Source of the DNA: Folioceros fuciformis
Taxonomy: Eukaryota
Direction: 5' to 3'
Assembly (NCBI GenBank): GCA_049999805.1
Contig: JBNGIO010006265.1
Location: forward strand, 53,161-117,160
DNA length: 64,000 nt
The notes beneath the pieces are model-generated. The model was given only the letters and a program-made list of their open reading frames with translations, did not search any database and was not told where the DNA came from. Of the stretch, positions 49,335 to 63,098 are shown one piece after another. The position numbers were made by a program, and so were the translations under genes. Numbering within the stretch: position 1 is the stretch's first letter; the number at the start of each line of letters is the position of its first letter.

Positions 49335-52300
49335 CTACCTCGAATCATGCTGCTTTGCAGCATCAAAGTCATCTCTACCACCCCCCAAGCGATACATGGT
49401 GGATGCCATGTCCGATTCCCGGCGCCTCACATCACCCTTCCTCTGCCGGTTCAACTCCAGGGTTGCCTCAGCTGACTGTTTTCGCCTTCTTTGCCGCCGT
49501 CGTTCCACCTGCCGCTCCTGCTCTTCCCACTTGTCGCACGCTGTGCCCATTGCAGAGGCAGTGCTCGTCTCAGCATCATCGTCTGTCTCGAAACCCTGTT
49601 CTCTCTGCTGCGGTGCCAGCGCATCTATTTGCCAGTCTTGTTGACCTACCACCGTCAGCCCATCTGCTACTAGACAAGGTGATTCACGTGCAACCACGTC
49701 AACACTCTCAGCAATCAGATAGCGTCGCCTGACTGCAGGTTCTTCTCGCTCACCGTCACTGCTCTCTACTATGCATACTTCCTCCACGTCATTAATCTCG
49801 AGTGGATCCAGAGCATAGCCGACACCATCCCACTCTTTGCTCAATCGTTTGTCCCTAACGGAGGGTTTCACTGCTCGGGAGGGATTGCGTGTCATCGCCG
49901 TCTCCTTAGCCTGGGACCCCTCTGCCCTCTCGAACCGTACAGATCCAACCTTTCTAGCATTTCCTGCCAAAATCTGCTCACACGCGAAGTCAGTGCTGCA
50001 AACACAAGGTAATAGCATCAACTCCCGATTCGCACACAACAATCTGTCGTTCACCTCAAATTTACCTCAAGTTTGTACCACTGAAATTTTTCTTTCCGTT
50101 CATCTTGGTGGTCCTGCTCTCCTTCCCTCCTGTCGGAACTATCCTCGATACCAGCCTTCTCAAAAACCACTGGGATACTTTCCCCTGTTCTGGGGATATA
50201 CCCAAAAGCTTCACAGACAAAGCCAGACACCGTTTCATAGTGATATGGGCCCTGGTTAAGCACGGCCCACAGACGATTGTGAGCAATTGCCACCACAACA
50301 AAGTGGCAGCATAAGCAAAATTATGTCTGATAGGCCTTTGCATATTGATCGCTAAGAATTGGTCACCTCTTACCTCTGGGACCTTGATTTCTAAGGCATC
50401 TTTTAGATCCTCAATTGAGGTGTTTGCATCAACATCAAATATTCCATCAGCCCTCTGGATCACGTAACCAGTTTTCTTCCGGATCTCCTCCTGGAAAATA
50501 CCATTAGGTCTATCCAAGCCATGCAACTTTTCAGTCATGCAAACCTTAACCTCAAGTAAAGACGATACTCCAGCGTACCTTTGAATCGTTCTCATCAAAT
50601 ATCTCACCCACAATTTCTTCTACCACATCCTCCAAGGTTACCACCTGAAGTGGAATCAATCAGCGTACGATGCCAATACTCAGAACGACATATCAATGGT
50701 ACAACGGGGGAGCGTAGTGGGAGATGAGGATTCAGAGTTTCAGTTACACACCCCAACAGCGCCACCGTATTCGTTTAGTACGATAGCCATGTGAACTTTG
50801 CGAATACGAAACTCACGCAACAAGTTCCAAACAGACATAGAATCTGAAAAAAAAATCGACAACATACTTTGATGTTCTGTTCTCCCATTAAGCTTGAACT
50901 CAATATCGAGGGACGAAAACAAGCAAATGACAACCATTCTTCCGTATTTACCTGGCACGAAATACGCTGGCCTGTGGGCAATGCGCCCAACCGACAACCT
51001 TTGCAGGAGTTCAACCTGTATGACACCATGAGTCTTTGCAACTTAGAACAAGGGAGATGGGTAAAGCTATCGAATGCCAAAGGCATGCATTTAGACGTCT
51101 AGAGGCATACCTGTTCAACATAATCTAGCATGTCCATCGCATAAGCTATACCCACTACATTGTCAACACGCCGCTCAAAAACCGGAACCCTGTGAACTTT
51201 CATGAGACTTCAGTCAAAGCCTGAACATGTAATAATTTCATTATCGTAACTCTTTCACATGTTTGTCTCGTCTAGATGTGACGACTCGATAGGCTGTGGA
51301 GTTGCCCAAATACTCTAAGTTCACTTCAATTACTTCCAAGAAAGCTTTGGAAAACACATGCTGCTTAGATGTCCACAGAGGCTAACCTCGAATACTGGTG
51401 CGTGACCCACAACTGGCGGAAGTCCATTAAAGTAGCTTCGGAATCAATCGCTACCACATCTACCAATGGAGTCATTACTTCTCGAACGTAAGTGTCTTTG
51501 ATCTCCAGCACATTCTCAATCATGTCCTGCCCAACACATAGCATCAAACAATTAAAAAGGCTGTGCAGACAAGACGGGAAAGGATGGTAACTTAATGACC
51601 AGGACCTCTGTCTTTCATCGTTCTGCTCATCTAACTCCATTTGTCTAAACCCTGACAGATGTCTGCAAGAGTACGACAGTTGAGAAGAGTAAGACAACTG
51701 AGAATTTTGCAATACTCCATACTCGGCACTACCTGCTCTTCCTCTTCGATCGCTCCACTGAGTTCTGCTCCCCGCAACATGAGCTTCAATTCCTCTTCGC
51801 TCACAAACGGCTCTCTGCAAAGCATAGTGAGGTGTACATCTGTAAATCTAGGATTCATTGTGCACAATAAATGGAACCTGCGTGCTCCCTGCTGAGCACA
51901 AAAATAGTTTAGAATGGTGCAAGCACCGGTGACATACCCACTATGCTTTAGACCAAGAAACTTGAGAAGGTTCGTGGACAAAGCTGTGACAACACGCCCC
52001 ACTGGATAGAGGATGAGAGACAACCAGGCCACTGGTCGAACCTACAGCAGATTAAAAGAATTAGAAGCAATAGGCATAGCAAAGTGCAAACAAATACAGA
52101 GTCTATTAAGCTTTGCTGTGCCTCAGAAACACATGACTAAAAGGGACACCCGGGACAGACATACCACAACCCGGGCCACTTCCGTTGCATTATGTACGGC
52201 AATGCTCTTGGGAGCAATTTCTGTGACAAGCAAGATGACAACCTGGCCATGAAGTACCCACGCTATCAGATGGCAGAACTCAAGGAACCAAAGATCAATA

Positions 52301-53601
52301 CAACCACGTATCTAAAACCTTGGCGAAGAAGTGCAATAGCAGAGACTGGGCGTGCATGATTGGAAAACCCCCGGACCCACCGTCATTACTCCTGTTGCTG
52401 CACTGATGCCAGCCTCGCCAAATAAGGCAGTGGCTGCATCTGTTACCAGAGCCGTTGCAGCAATGTTTGCCACACTGCAAGAAACAGTGTGCCTAATAAT
52501 GAGAATGTGATCTTTGCTTTGTACTAAAACCAAAGGGGGACTTGGTGCACCGGATTAGAGCCTGTGAGGTCGTCATGGGACATTTTAGCGAGCACCTTAG
52601 ACTTTTGGATTATGAACAGGTCTACAAAGTTAGATGGTGTACGTTGTGCCAATGAGGATGGTTGTAAGAAACCGTGTGACATCATTCCGCAACAACTGAA
52701 AAACTCCACCCTCCTGTTCCCTTTCTGCCAGCTCACGCACCTGCCAGAGCACATGATCAACCAGCAGAACTGGACTCCTCACCGAGGCGGTTGAAAACTT
52801 TTGAACAACCGCGTTCCACACAAGTAGACATTCTAAAGTAGCTCATTCAAATTCAATCATTCACAGTAGGGGTACATGGAGGTGCACCTTCCAAGGCCAT
52901 AACGTGGTTATAGATGTCTCTGCCATGGAGAAGAAAGCAGATAATCCGAGAAGCACGGAGAGGAGCAACCCTTGATCCCTGAAGACCGCAAAAACCTGGA
53001 GAGTCTTGGGCCAGAACCGACCCCAGAAATCCATGGCGCGTCCGACTTGCGGGATCAGGACAGAACCACTGTCTGCCGCCCATGCCTGCCCTGCTCCAGA
53101 AACCCATAAGACGCAAGACGCTGCACCCCAAATCAGAAAAGCCGCTCTAATGCAATTCCCAATGAGCCTCCATTTCGGGTCTGCATGGTGGTGAATCTGT
53201 TGACTCTCTGTTTCCTTCCTACCAGGCTCCGGGGTGCTATCACCGCGCTGCCAGTTTGTGCTGTTAGCAGTTTGACAGGAATAAGAACAATTCCTACTGT
53301 GACGGACCAGCCTACGTAATTTCTTCTGCAACCTGGGGAGCTCATGACACGCAAACCTCCATCCCTGCCGTGAACCTAAACCCTGCACATGCAAGCTCCC
53401 TACGCTAGAGTCCTCAGCTCTCCTGCCGCTGCACCCCGCTGAACGACCTGTTGAATTATCACTGGAGTAGCTTATTGCAAGAACAGGACGCTTTCGCCCT
53501 GTGGGCAAAGGAGGCAAACTCGACCTCCACGCCGGGACGCCCACAGAAGAAAAGCGCGCAGTGTATGGAACAGCGGCCTGCATCAGTTGCACCATACTCA
53601 T
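49335..53601 (-). CDS. Plastid DUF21(CNNM)-CBS-CorC/HlyC domain protein (CBSDUFCH / MGR8-9-like Mg2+ transporter), multi-exon
   Basis: LLGLSAFFSMAETSITTLWPWK, FLTTILIGTT, TEIAPKSIAVHNA, VSEEELKLML, VREVMTPLVDVVAID, MAIVLNEYGG, FDVDANTSIEDL, YETVSGFVCEAFGYIP. Confidence 0.92.
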
Positions 53602-54439
53602 GCTGGTTCAGGAGGACTAAGGCCCTTGCCGGCGCTGGCTTTTTCATCAGCTCACCGTCCTCTGCAAACAACAGGCGCCCACTATTCAGGGAGGGAAAAT
53701 GCCGGATTGCAGATACTGGCAGCTCATGCCAGACCCACTTCACAGGGACCCAGACGTGGCATACCAACCCTCAGGCCAGAAACCAGCTACTCCGTACCAG
53801 AAGGACGCCCAACTTCTGCATCATACGAGTCTAGAATTGCTGCACCCTCGCCATTTTAACGCCGCTCCTTGCACCAGGCCTGCGCACCGTCTGAATGCAG
53901 CGCAAAAATCCAGCAACACGCAAGTGGGCACCGCTATGGGACCAGTACATCAGCTCCACAGGCTCCTGCAATTTGTGATATACGGATATCGTGCGCGCCT
54001 GCCGGGATGGATCGGGAGAACCAAGACAGATAGATGGTCATCAATCTCTCATCGTCAGGAAACCGTATATTTGTCGAAAGGCGTGGCTCGAATTGAGTTC
54101 AGGATTTTCAATTACTTGATAAAGTGCGGTAAAAGGAAGGACACGCTTTGCCTAGGTTTCGTCCGGGCACCCGCGCGCTTGTACGATCCGGTTGCTTCCA
54201 GAAAGGTTCTCGGATATTCCAATGGATGCAAAAGGATTGGAAGTCCAATGTGGGTTCCGAGCCTTACGATATAGATACAGATACGTACGCGCCTGGGAGC
54301 TTTGCTGGAGCTCCCTGTTGAGGTACGGGAATAATAACAAGTAAGTATGCTAGCCTTAAACTTAGAGACTTGGAAGAGATGGAATAATAAAACCAAGGGC
54401 ATACAACCTATGCGTTTATCAACTGTCCACTAACTTTGT

Positions 54440-55095
54440 TGCAGGACGTAACAAGATTATCTAGATTCGGAGGCCGATCTAGAATCAAAGTTGTCATATG
54501 TAACAAACCTATCTAGCATAGGAGTGTCAGGGACGTGATAGGCCTTTCTAGCATCGGATTTGTCAAGGATGTAACAGGCCTATCTAGCATCGGAGTTATC
54601 AAGGATGTAACAGGCCTATCTAGCATCGGAGTTGTCAGGGATGTAACAGGCCTATCTAGCATTGAAGTTGTCAGGGATATAACAGGCCTATCTAGCATTG
54701 AAGTTGTCAGGGATGTAACAGGCCTATCTAGCATTGAAGTTGTCAGGGATGTAATAGTCCTATCTATCATCGGAGTTGTATTTAGCATCACAGTTGTCAG
54801 GGATGTAATAGGCCTATCTACCATTGGAGTTGTCAGGGNNNNNNNNNNGGAGTTGTCAGGGATGTAATAGGCCTATCTACCATTGGAGTTGTCAGGGATG
54901 TAACAGTCTCTCTATCATCGGAGTTGTCAGGGATGAAATAGGCCTATCTACCATTGGAGTTGTTATTGATGTAACAAGTGTAAAAGGCCTATCTAGATTC
55001 GAAGGCCCATCTACAAACACAGTCTAGAAAACTTTTTACATAGTAAGAGATGTTCAAGTGTAACAAGCTCATCTAGATTCGAAGGCCTATCTACA
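54440..55095. repeat. 36-bp minisatellite (TATCTAGCATCGGAGTTGTCAGGGATGTAACAGGCC), more than 10 copies, containing a small N gap
   Basis: Unit repeats directly. It produces spurious 12-aa periodic ORFs on both strands. Confidence 0.93.
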
Positions 55096-56514
55096 ATGAG
55101 AGTCCATAGAGATCTTTACATAGTGGTGAAGTACAAGAAAATAGAGAACTCCTTACATAGTAGTGAATGTACGAGGGCCTAGGGTACCTACCACCAAAGT
55201 CTGCTTCTACTATGCTCACTCCTACCACCAAAGTCAAAGAAGTCTATTTCTACCATTACCATAAAAGTTTTGTACACCACAATATACAATACGGTATACA
55301 AACCATTTCTCAGAAGGCCAAACCCAAGGCCTTTTGTAAAACAATGTACATCTTTTACAAAAAGAAAGTGGCTATACTATCCTTTATTGAAAGAAAATAA
55401 TTCTACAAGGAACCCTATGTTGTACAAAGGAAAGTATTCATGGACCTTGGCCATTCCACAACCCTCTATCACCCACCTAAGAAGATTGAGAATAGTAAGA
55501 TGTTTGCACACAATGTCTCTGACTAAATTTGCAATAGGTACTCAATCTCCTTAGTTTAAAAATAGGCCAATATGAAAGAAAACACCATAAGTCTCTTCTA
55601 GTAAAAAATAGGTTAATCTGAAGTGTGATTAGAAGGGGGAGGAGGTGGCCTTTGAGGTATTATTCATTACTATAGAGCAGCCCCAACCTATGGTGGTGCA
55701 ACTTGATCCAACTCTTTAATCCATAGAGTGGTTAAGGTGGTTTCATGCATAAAAAACAAATAAAGAATCTCAATTAGCACTTTATCTTTCATAGGACTAC
55801 TTGCTTCACACCAAGTAGTAAGGTTAAGGTTTTGGGTGCATTTTCCCAAATTTGTAGGTTAAAGGAGTTTTTCCTTGCTACAGCAAATGAGCTACAATTC
55901 ATGAAGCCATAACCATAGCAATCCATAATATTAGGGCAACCATTTCGAAGAAACTACACGATGTTTGAGCGACGATAAGTTGAAGGCAAGTTACACTCTC
56001 ATAAACATTGTTCTTACTTAAGACATGAGGTAAGAAGCTAGGCTATGCAAAGAGAACTTTTGGGTTAGGAGACGAGTACTTGTGGCCTAACATCTTTAGA
56101 CCCGCAATATCTTTGAGTATGTTGGAGAGTAGGTGCCTTGGTGTGGGTGGGCCAAGAGGGCACATTCAAATAGGTTGTTGGTAAAGGTTCATTTTGGGAG
56201 GCAACATCAAGGACCTTCTTCCATTTGCGTTTGCCATTGGATCCAAAGACACCAAGATGGATTGAGGAAAATCCCATACCATCAACAACAACCTCGATGG
56301 TGAGGGCTCTCCATCCTTGTTACCTATTGGTGTACCAACCTAGACATGGACTAAGACTTAACTAAGGAAACGGGCACTAATGAATGCTGAACCTATGGTA
56401 GTATTCTTGCATATGTCATTGCCCATTGCCACAATAAGGTGATCCTTTTGTGTGTAGCAACAAAAGCTGCCTAGCTGGCCCAAGCAATTGATGCTTGCAT
56501 TGTGACTTACCTTT

Positions 56515-56660
56515 GTTTGCAAGTCTAACCTTAGCCTCAGTTTGCAAGCCTAACCTTAGCCTCTGTTTGCAAGCCTAACCTTAGCCTCTGTTTGCAAGCC
56601 TAACCTTAGCCTCTGTTTGCAAGCCTAACCGTAGCCTCTTTTTTGCAAGCCTAACCTTAA
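56515..56660. repeat. 25-bp tandem repeat, about 6 copies (GTTTGCAAGCCTAACCTTAGCCTCT)
   Basis: Copies at 56515, 56540, 56565, 56590 and 56615, plus a degenerate sixth. Confidence 0.93.
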
Positions 56661-57262
56661 CGGATGGAGTGATAGATGATATGATTTGTAAGTCCATTCA
56701 AAAAGTGATTGACAAAATGTTCGTTCATGCAAGCAATTAAAAACTTGCGACAGGGTCCCCAACCAGCTCTTCATGTGGTCGATGCGGAACGTGGATGCCG
56801 TGGGCTACGTTCAGTTTGCTACGTAACATTACCCAACTGATAAATAGCTGTACTTATCAGAACAAGTGCAGCGATTGGATGTGACATCAGCAGAAAATTT
56901 GATCTCAAACAAACAGAGCAATCTGGTGTGAAATAAGCACATTAGGTCTCGAAAATACACGCTTCGTACTAATGGTCCACGTGGCATATCAGCATGGGTC
57001 TGGACCATTTTTCAGTGAATGAAATTTGACGGTTTAGTAATTTCCGAGTATTACCGGTATCCACGCAGTAACAGATATTGGAGCTCCCGTTAAGAGGTGC
57101 ACGAATAATATACCAACCAATATAATGTACAAAAGAATTTGAGCCCCGTTAACGTTAAGGGGCTGATCCATGGCACTGTTCCGAATGTTCGCTTGGAAAA
57201 GCCCAAAACTATAAAGAACTATTGCGAAGTTGGCAAAAACACGTTGCTGTCCTACTTAGCGC

Positions 57263-59492
57263 TTACTCTACCCAGGTTAGCGATCCTACGAGCATGAGGC
57301 TGTTTGGAAGAGGTCCCGGGCACGGTGCAATGTACGAAATCTTCCGTCTGCGTTGTTAGAAGTGGGGGAACTCAGTACCAATTCAAAAGAAGGTATGGCA
57401 TGGCCACAAGTGAACAGGAAGAGACACTCACTTTGGCAGATCGACGTCTGTAACGTGAAGGAATCCTGCCACATTGCTGCAACCAGCAGTGGGTGTCAGA
57501 CCCGATCGGTGGAGAACTTGATCCAAGGAAGAGACTTATAGATGTATACAGTTACCTTGTAAGAAGATGCTCGGGATCCTTGGCGTATGACACAGCTAGA
57601 ATTGCATGGATCAGATCCCGATTAATGCTGACAGGGACGACTCGGGTTGGATCAGCTGTAGGCTCGGCACCAATGGGGAGGGCAGACCGAGGGGCTTGAG
57701 GGCCACCACCGATTCTGAAGATTTGAAGCTCACTGAAGTTTGAGACAGAAAGATGGGGAGACAGCTCGGCGTTTATCCCATAAAAATATTCCTGCAAAGT
57801 TTAAACACAGGGGTAAAGAACGACGGATATCAGCAAAGTAGAGTTCCCAGTGCAAAAGAGCAGGAGTACCTTGGTCTTGAGCATACGAGTTTGCTGGCGA
57901 TATTTAGTGTTCCTTGCAACTACACCACCTGACTTATGCAACTTAACGACATCTACACCTTGCTTTCCCTTCAAGACCTGCTGCAACATGTTGTACAGTT
58001 TTTCCTGCATACACACGCACACGTCCATGCTTGTCCAAAGGGCAATAGGGGGAAGGAACCTGAGAAGAGGATGCATCACCATGCCAAGCACGTCCCCGCC
58101 GTAATGAGTTCAATTCAATACCTGCCCCAAAACTAAGATGACGCTAGCATTGAATGCTTCAATCGCCTGCAGGAGTAACTGCAATAGGATGATGAACGTG
58201 AGTACACACTGCACCAGACCGTGTCCTACACACGGGAAACGCATGAGAACAATTCAGAACATACTACAGCACCTCATAGCCCACACCATCCACCCAGCCC
58301 ATTGTATTAATAACCATTCCTGCTGCCCGAGCATCTGGATTAGCTGATGTCTGGGCTTCCAATGTCCGAGCTAGCTCCTTCACCAACACGCCATAAAGAC
58401 CTTGGTTCACACTGCATGTATGTTTTACCCTGCATTGGTTAAGCTGGTTCCTTTGCCACACACTGGCCCCTCCAGCACACAAGCATGACAAACTCCAGCA
58501 TATATTAACCTAAGCGTTCAGCTGAGCTGCACCTGGGTGATGCATGGCCGTAGTAATGAACCAGGGGTACATCAAGAGGCACTCCTTCCACGGGATCGAT
58601 CGGGACTTCAATCGGAGTGGCTGCAATAGTCCCTGGAATAGTGATGGCCCCTTGTCCAATGTCTATGTCTACAAAAATGGGCTTCCAACCCTGCCTAGCA
58701 GCCCAGCCAAGCAACATCTTGGCTAAGCTGGTCTTCCCGGAATCGGATGGCCCAACCACCATCACTCTGGGACCCTGATGCAGCCGACACCTCATCAGAA
58801 ATGCGTTGATCCCTAGCCCATCCCTTCGACGACCCGATCATCACATCCAGCACAGAAACAACAAAAGCACCAGGAAACCTACATAAGAGTCGGGATTCAC
58901 GTCTGCCCGCGGCTGATTCGGAGCAGCTGCCGGTAGCGGTGCCTGAGCCATCTCCCTGGCGTACTGCCGCCTCCGCTCCAACACGGCGTGACAGTTGACA
59001 TAACTCACCATTGGTGTCTGTAGAACAGAAGGCCTGTGCTGCATAAGCGAAAATCACACACCGTGCACGAGGTGCGTGGAAATTCCTAATCCACAACTTT
59101 CTCTACCTCGTCTGCAGTGTAGGCGACTTCCGCCTCCCCCTCCATCTCCACCACCGCGCCACTCCAAGTGAAAACCTGAACCATTCGCGGCACATCTTCC
59201 ATCACACACCAAACCTGCGCTTCGCACATCACTGCCTGGTGAAGGCAGCGCAGAGAGATCCACGTACCGCGAATTTGTGAGCCGGCGGGAAGGTCACCCA
59301 ATTGGACGGCGGCATCTCCGTACCAAAGATCTCCGCAGCCCCTGACAGGAGCTGCATCCGGAGCGGTGCATCCCAGCCAACTTCCACTCGCAGCTCGCTC
59401 TCCTTCGTCAACTTGAAGCTGCGAGTCGGGACGACAGGTGCCCCCGCGGCCGAAGCCGGCGCACCCGAAGATGTCCCGGAGGCAGCAGCCAT
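57263..59492 (-). CDS. CLP1: CLP1 polyribonucleotide 5'-kinase / cleavage-polyadenylation factor (CLPS3-like), multi-exon
   Basis: KESELRVEV...LLSGAAEIFGTE, TPMVSYVNCHAVLE, P-loop GPRVMVVGPSDSGKTS, FVDIDIGQGAITIPG, GMVINTMGWVDGVGYE, KLHKSGGVV, IGGGPQAPRSALPIG. End ...LVGSLTWVE*. Confidence 0.95.
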
Positions 59493-59624
59493 GGCTGAGA
59501 GGGAGCCTGACTAGTGCCTTCTCCTTGGTGAAACCGACCCGCTAGTCCGAGCGGGGTGAACACAACGATCGAGTTCCACTGCGTAGGGTTACATTTCTTG
59601 AGTCTGGTGGAATCGGCGTCCACA

Positions 59625-60662
59625 ATGGCGCTGTTTGCAATCACTCCGAGGCATGTTACACCTCGCGCAGCCCGATTTGCATTCCGATTTCTCTAAGCGT
59701 TTGTCACGTTTGCGGAATGACGCTGTGGCAGGTTCAAGGGAGCGATCAAGCCGGCTGCTGGAATCTCAGGGGACCGACTGCGTCAGTTCTTGGAACGCGT
59801 CATCGTGAACCTTGTGCAAGTGGGTACGCAATGCAGCATCGCGGTCGCATGCGGCGTGTGCGCATGCAACATGCGCTTTGAGGAGCAGCTGACCTTGTGG
59901 CGCGCAGCGGGAGCGTCCCTTCTCGGACGAGGAGGAGAAGAAGCTGCAGCAGGTTTTCGGGCTCGGTGAGGACGAGGTGCAGTGTCTGGTAGAGGTGTGT
60001 ATGTACACGTTCGAGAAGGCGGCTGCGGAATCGGCTTCCGGTAGTGACCTTGCGGGACTGCTGCAGAGCGCTGGCGTCGGAGGCGAGCAGGTGAGTGTTG
60101 TGACTGCGAAGTAGCCTGAATGAAGTCTAGGGTTTGGCGGTGATCGAGTCTGAGCAGAGGGATCCAGCTGGCAGCGTTCCAGGACGTGTGGGAAGCACTC
60201 GGAACGGATTTGATCCGAGCAGTGAAGGATCGGCCTTTCGGAGCTCCTGGTGGGAGTCACATTCTGGATCTGCACTGGCGTGTTCATCTCAAGGTATGAG
60301 GTCCTTTCCGATTGCGTTGCTGTTGGAATGAAGGGTTTGCTTTGATGCCTATCATGGTGTGAATTTTGGTTTGCGGACTTTGTGATTCTTTTTTGCAGGT
60401 TGCTGATAGTGATGAAGGACATCTCCTCGAGCCGTCAGGTGTTCTGCAGCTCAAGCTTGGGGCCACACCAGAGGTTAGCCAATTGAGTTTGATCTGGCAC
60501 CGTGTCTTGTTACCGCTTGCTTTTGACTAAAATAATAGCTCGACGTCTTGTTTGCAGGAGGGGGACGCCAAGTCCATTGCTCTCGTATTCTCCTTCGACG
60601 AGCTGGTTGAGTTCTATGAGAAGCTGGAGACGATACAGGACCAGCTAGACAGCTTGTCATAG
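59625..60662 (+). CDS. COMMD10: COMM domain-containing protein 10-like (Commander/CCC complex subunit), six short exons, not in the ORF track
   Basis: Spliced translation: MALFAITPRFKGAIK...FLERVIVNLVQRERPFSDEEEKKLQQVFGL...YTFEKAA...AFQDVWEALG...ILDLHWRVHLKVA...PSGVLQLKLG...LVFSFDELVEFYEKLETIQDQLDSLS*. This matches the COMMD10 pattern (FSEEEEEKLQ; FY.KLETIQ.QLDSL). Confidence 0.85.
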
Positions 60663-60784
60663 GTGTTTCGGATGCAAGGAAGTTCATCGTGTCATGCAGT
60701 AGTTTGGTTTACAATTGAATTAAAAGAGCAGCGGCTCTCTTGGTACCATCAAAAAAGGAGGGTAGGGAAATGGTGGGCTTAACG

Positions 60785-63098
60785 TCAAGCAACTGCTAGG
60801 GGATCTTTTTGTGAACTTTGCTGAGCATTCTTGACCCAGACGAGAGCATCTCTCTGGCCCTGCCTGAACAGCTCGTCCAGGACTTCGTCACTGGCAGGCT
60901 CCAGTGCCCAACTCAATAGCTGTAAATAGAAGAACAGGCGATGTCAGCACACAGTACAAGTTGTGAGGTACAAGCAGTGGTACTAATCTATTAGCATCAG
61001 GGTGGAACCCTCTGCGCGTGTGTTTTGTAATGAAACCGCAATAACCTGGTTGGCCGGGGCTCTTGGTTCTGTAGGGCTGCAATCTGGACTGATGCCGATT
61101 CCCTTTAGTCCGAATGCCGCGGAAGGGAACGCGCAGACCCGCACCTGTGGAGTTGAGAAAAAAAATAAAGAAGAATGTGTTGAAATCCAATATTCAGATG
61201 TTACAAAATTGCGTTGACTTCAAGTAAGAAAGGAGCGCTACCGTTGATTCGGCGGCGGTTGGAGGCATGAACAGCGAAATTCCTCCGTCAACACAAAAGC
61301 GATCCCTGAATATTGTGACCGGTCGTGGTGCAAGATACCTGCCATGTTAACCAACATTAACGAACACGACATGGCTGACGAACCACAACTGGCGGTATGG
61401 CAGGTTGTTGAAGATCTTACCCCGGGATGAAACATGATGCGAAGAGAGCATTGATGAGGTCCTCCTTGGAATCAAATTTGTCCACCAATAGACCCCTTGG
61501 AGATCGAAAAACTTGAGTGATAGCAACTGCTTACATTCGACCTGGTCATTAGGACGTGCCTGATGTTCTCCTGCTTAAAGTTCAAGGACATGCTCCCAAC
61601 TCAACCTTACCTCGAATCCTTCCACTAGACCTGATATGTGCATCTTCAGGCAAAACCTTCTCCAAAACTGCTCTAAGAACTGCCTATGAACCAGCAAACA
61701 CACAACAATACTTGTCACTTCGGGAGCCGGAACGAAAGTAATGTGGGGAAGGATACAACACAAGAGCACTGCAGCAAGAACCACTATGAAGACATACCCC
61801 TAGCCTGAAAGCAGTTCCTGAAGTCCGGCAATCTTCTGCCAGCTCTTTCGTAGCCGCCAAAGCGTCCTCCATGCTTACACCTCCAGCAACAACTGCGCAC
61901 ACAAGTGCCCCAGCTGATGACCCAGCCAATGGTGTATCCTCCTGAAAGCCCATAGAGGGAAATAGATCTGTTTCATGGGTAGTGTGGGAAATTTCACAAT
62001 CGAAAACAGCTTTCCAAGAGCAGCATGCTATTAGGGACACTCTGCGGAAAAATTTTACTCGTATTGAGTTGAAAAATGGTGCTGCCAGATTCTAAGTTTA
62101 TGAATCAACTCGCTACACCAAGAGGGCAGAACCTTGCAAGGAGGCCAAACGCTACTAACCGTCAAGAAGCCGTGTTCCATCAAACACTGGCACACTCCAA
62201 GGTGATAGGGAAACAACAACCCAGCAGCAGAGAAACTGAAACCTGGGCTCGTCAGTGCAGGCCTTTCCTGCTCAGCGATAACATCTTTCTTCCTCTGCTC
62301 CCACTGAACAAGAGGATCCAAATCGTCTCTCGTGACCGAATCAATACCATCGTCTCCCTCTCTCCTCCCCTGCGTGCTGGAAAGGCCTTCAGATGGTTCT
62401 TGAAAGGCCTTTGCCACACTTCTCAAGAGGTTCTTAAAGGCAAACCACTCTTGAATGCTAGACCGCCATTTGATAAAAATTTGCACGGCTCCGTCTCCTC
62501 CTGCTTGACCTACAACTACATCTGCAACTGCAGCTCCGTCAGCACCAGAAGCAGCCAAGGGACGGCTGTCTCCAGATTGGCTAACTTGAATCCCATCCAT
62601 CACAGACGCAGGAACCGAGCACGGCGCATCTTTGCACTCTCGGCCGGCATGTTCCGATTCAACGCCCTGGGGGCTCATTGCACCATCAACAGCAGCCTCA
62701 TTCTGCTCCTCCGAAAAGACTCTGGCAACCAGTTCCGGCCCCGCAGGACGGTGACCGAAAACGCTCCTTCCCCCAGGCAGCACATTCCAAGAAGAGCCCG
62801 ATCTTAAATGCTTCGCAGCACCCGACCTGCTGCCCGGAATCGTAGCCATCCGAGCACCGTTACAACTGCGCACGGAGTTACATGCCTGGGACGCAACCTG
62901 AGCATGACAGACATCTCCCGCCCCCCGAATCTGCCATGCGTGATAGCACATGAAAGCACCAATTCCCAAGGCCCGCTCCATGGCTCCGTCACCAAGCACG
63001 CCAGGCACAGAAAGCTGGATCATACCGCCTCCCGCAGTCCGCACGGAACTTCCACCATCCTGCACACAGAATTCAAAAACCATGAGCGCGCAATCCAT
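60785..63098 (-). CDS. Patatin-like phospholipase (PNPLA type), multi-exon; exact start uncertain
   Basis: Oxyanion-like FSFSAAGLLFPYHLGV, nucleophile GSSAG, DLINALFASSCFIPGY, catalytic VDGG, C-terminus LLSWALEPASDEVLDELFRQG...*. Confidence 0.9.

Noticed and set aside
54513-54867. ORFs with 12-aa periodicity (TTSMLDRPVTSL)
   Set aside because: By-product of a 36-bp minisatellite that is open on both strands; no evidence of a gene.
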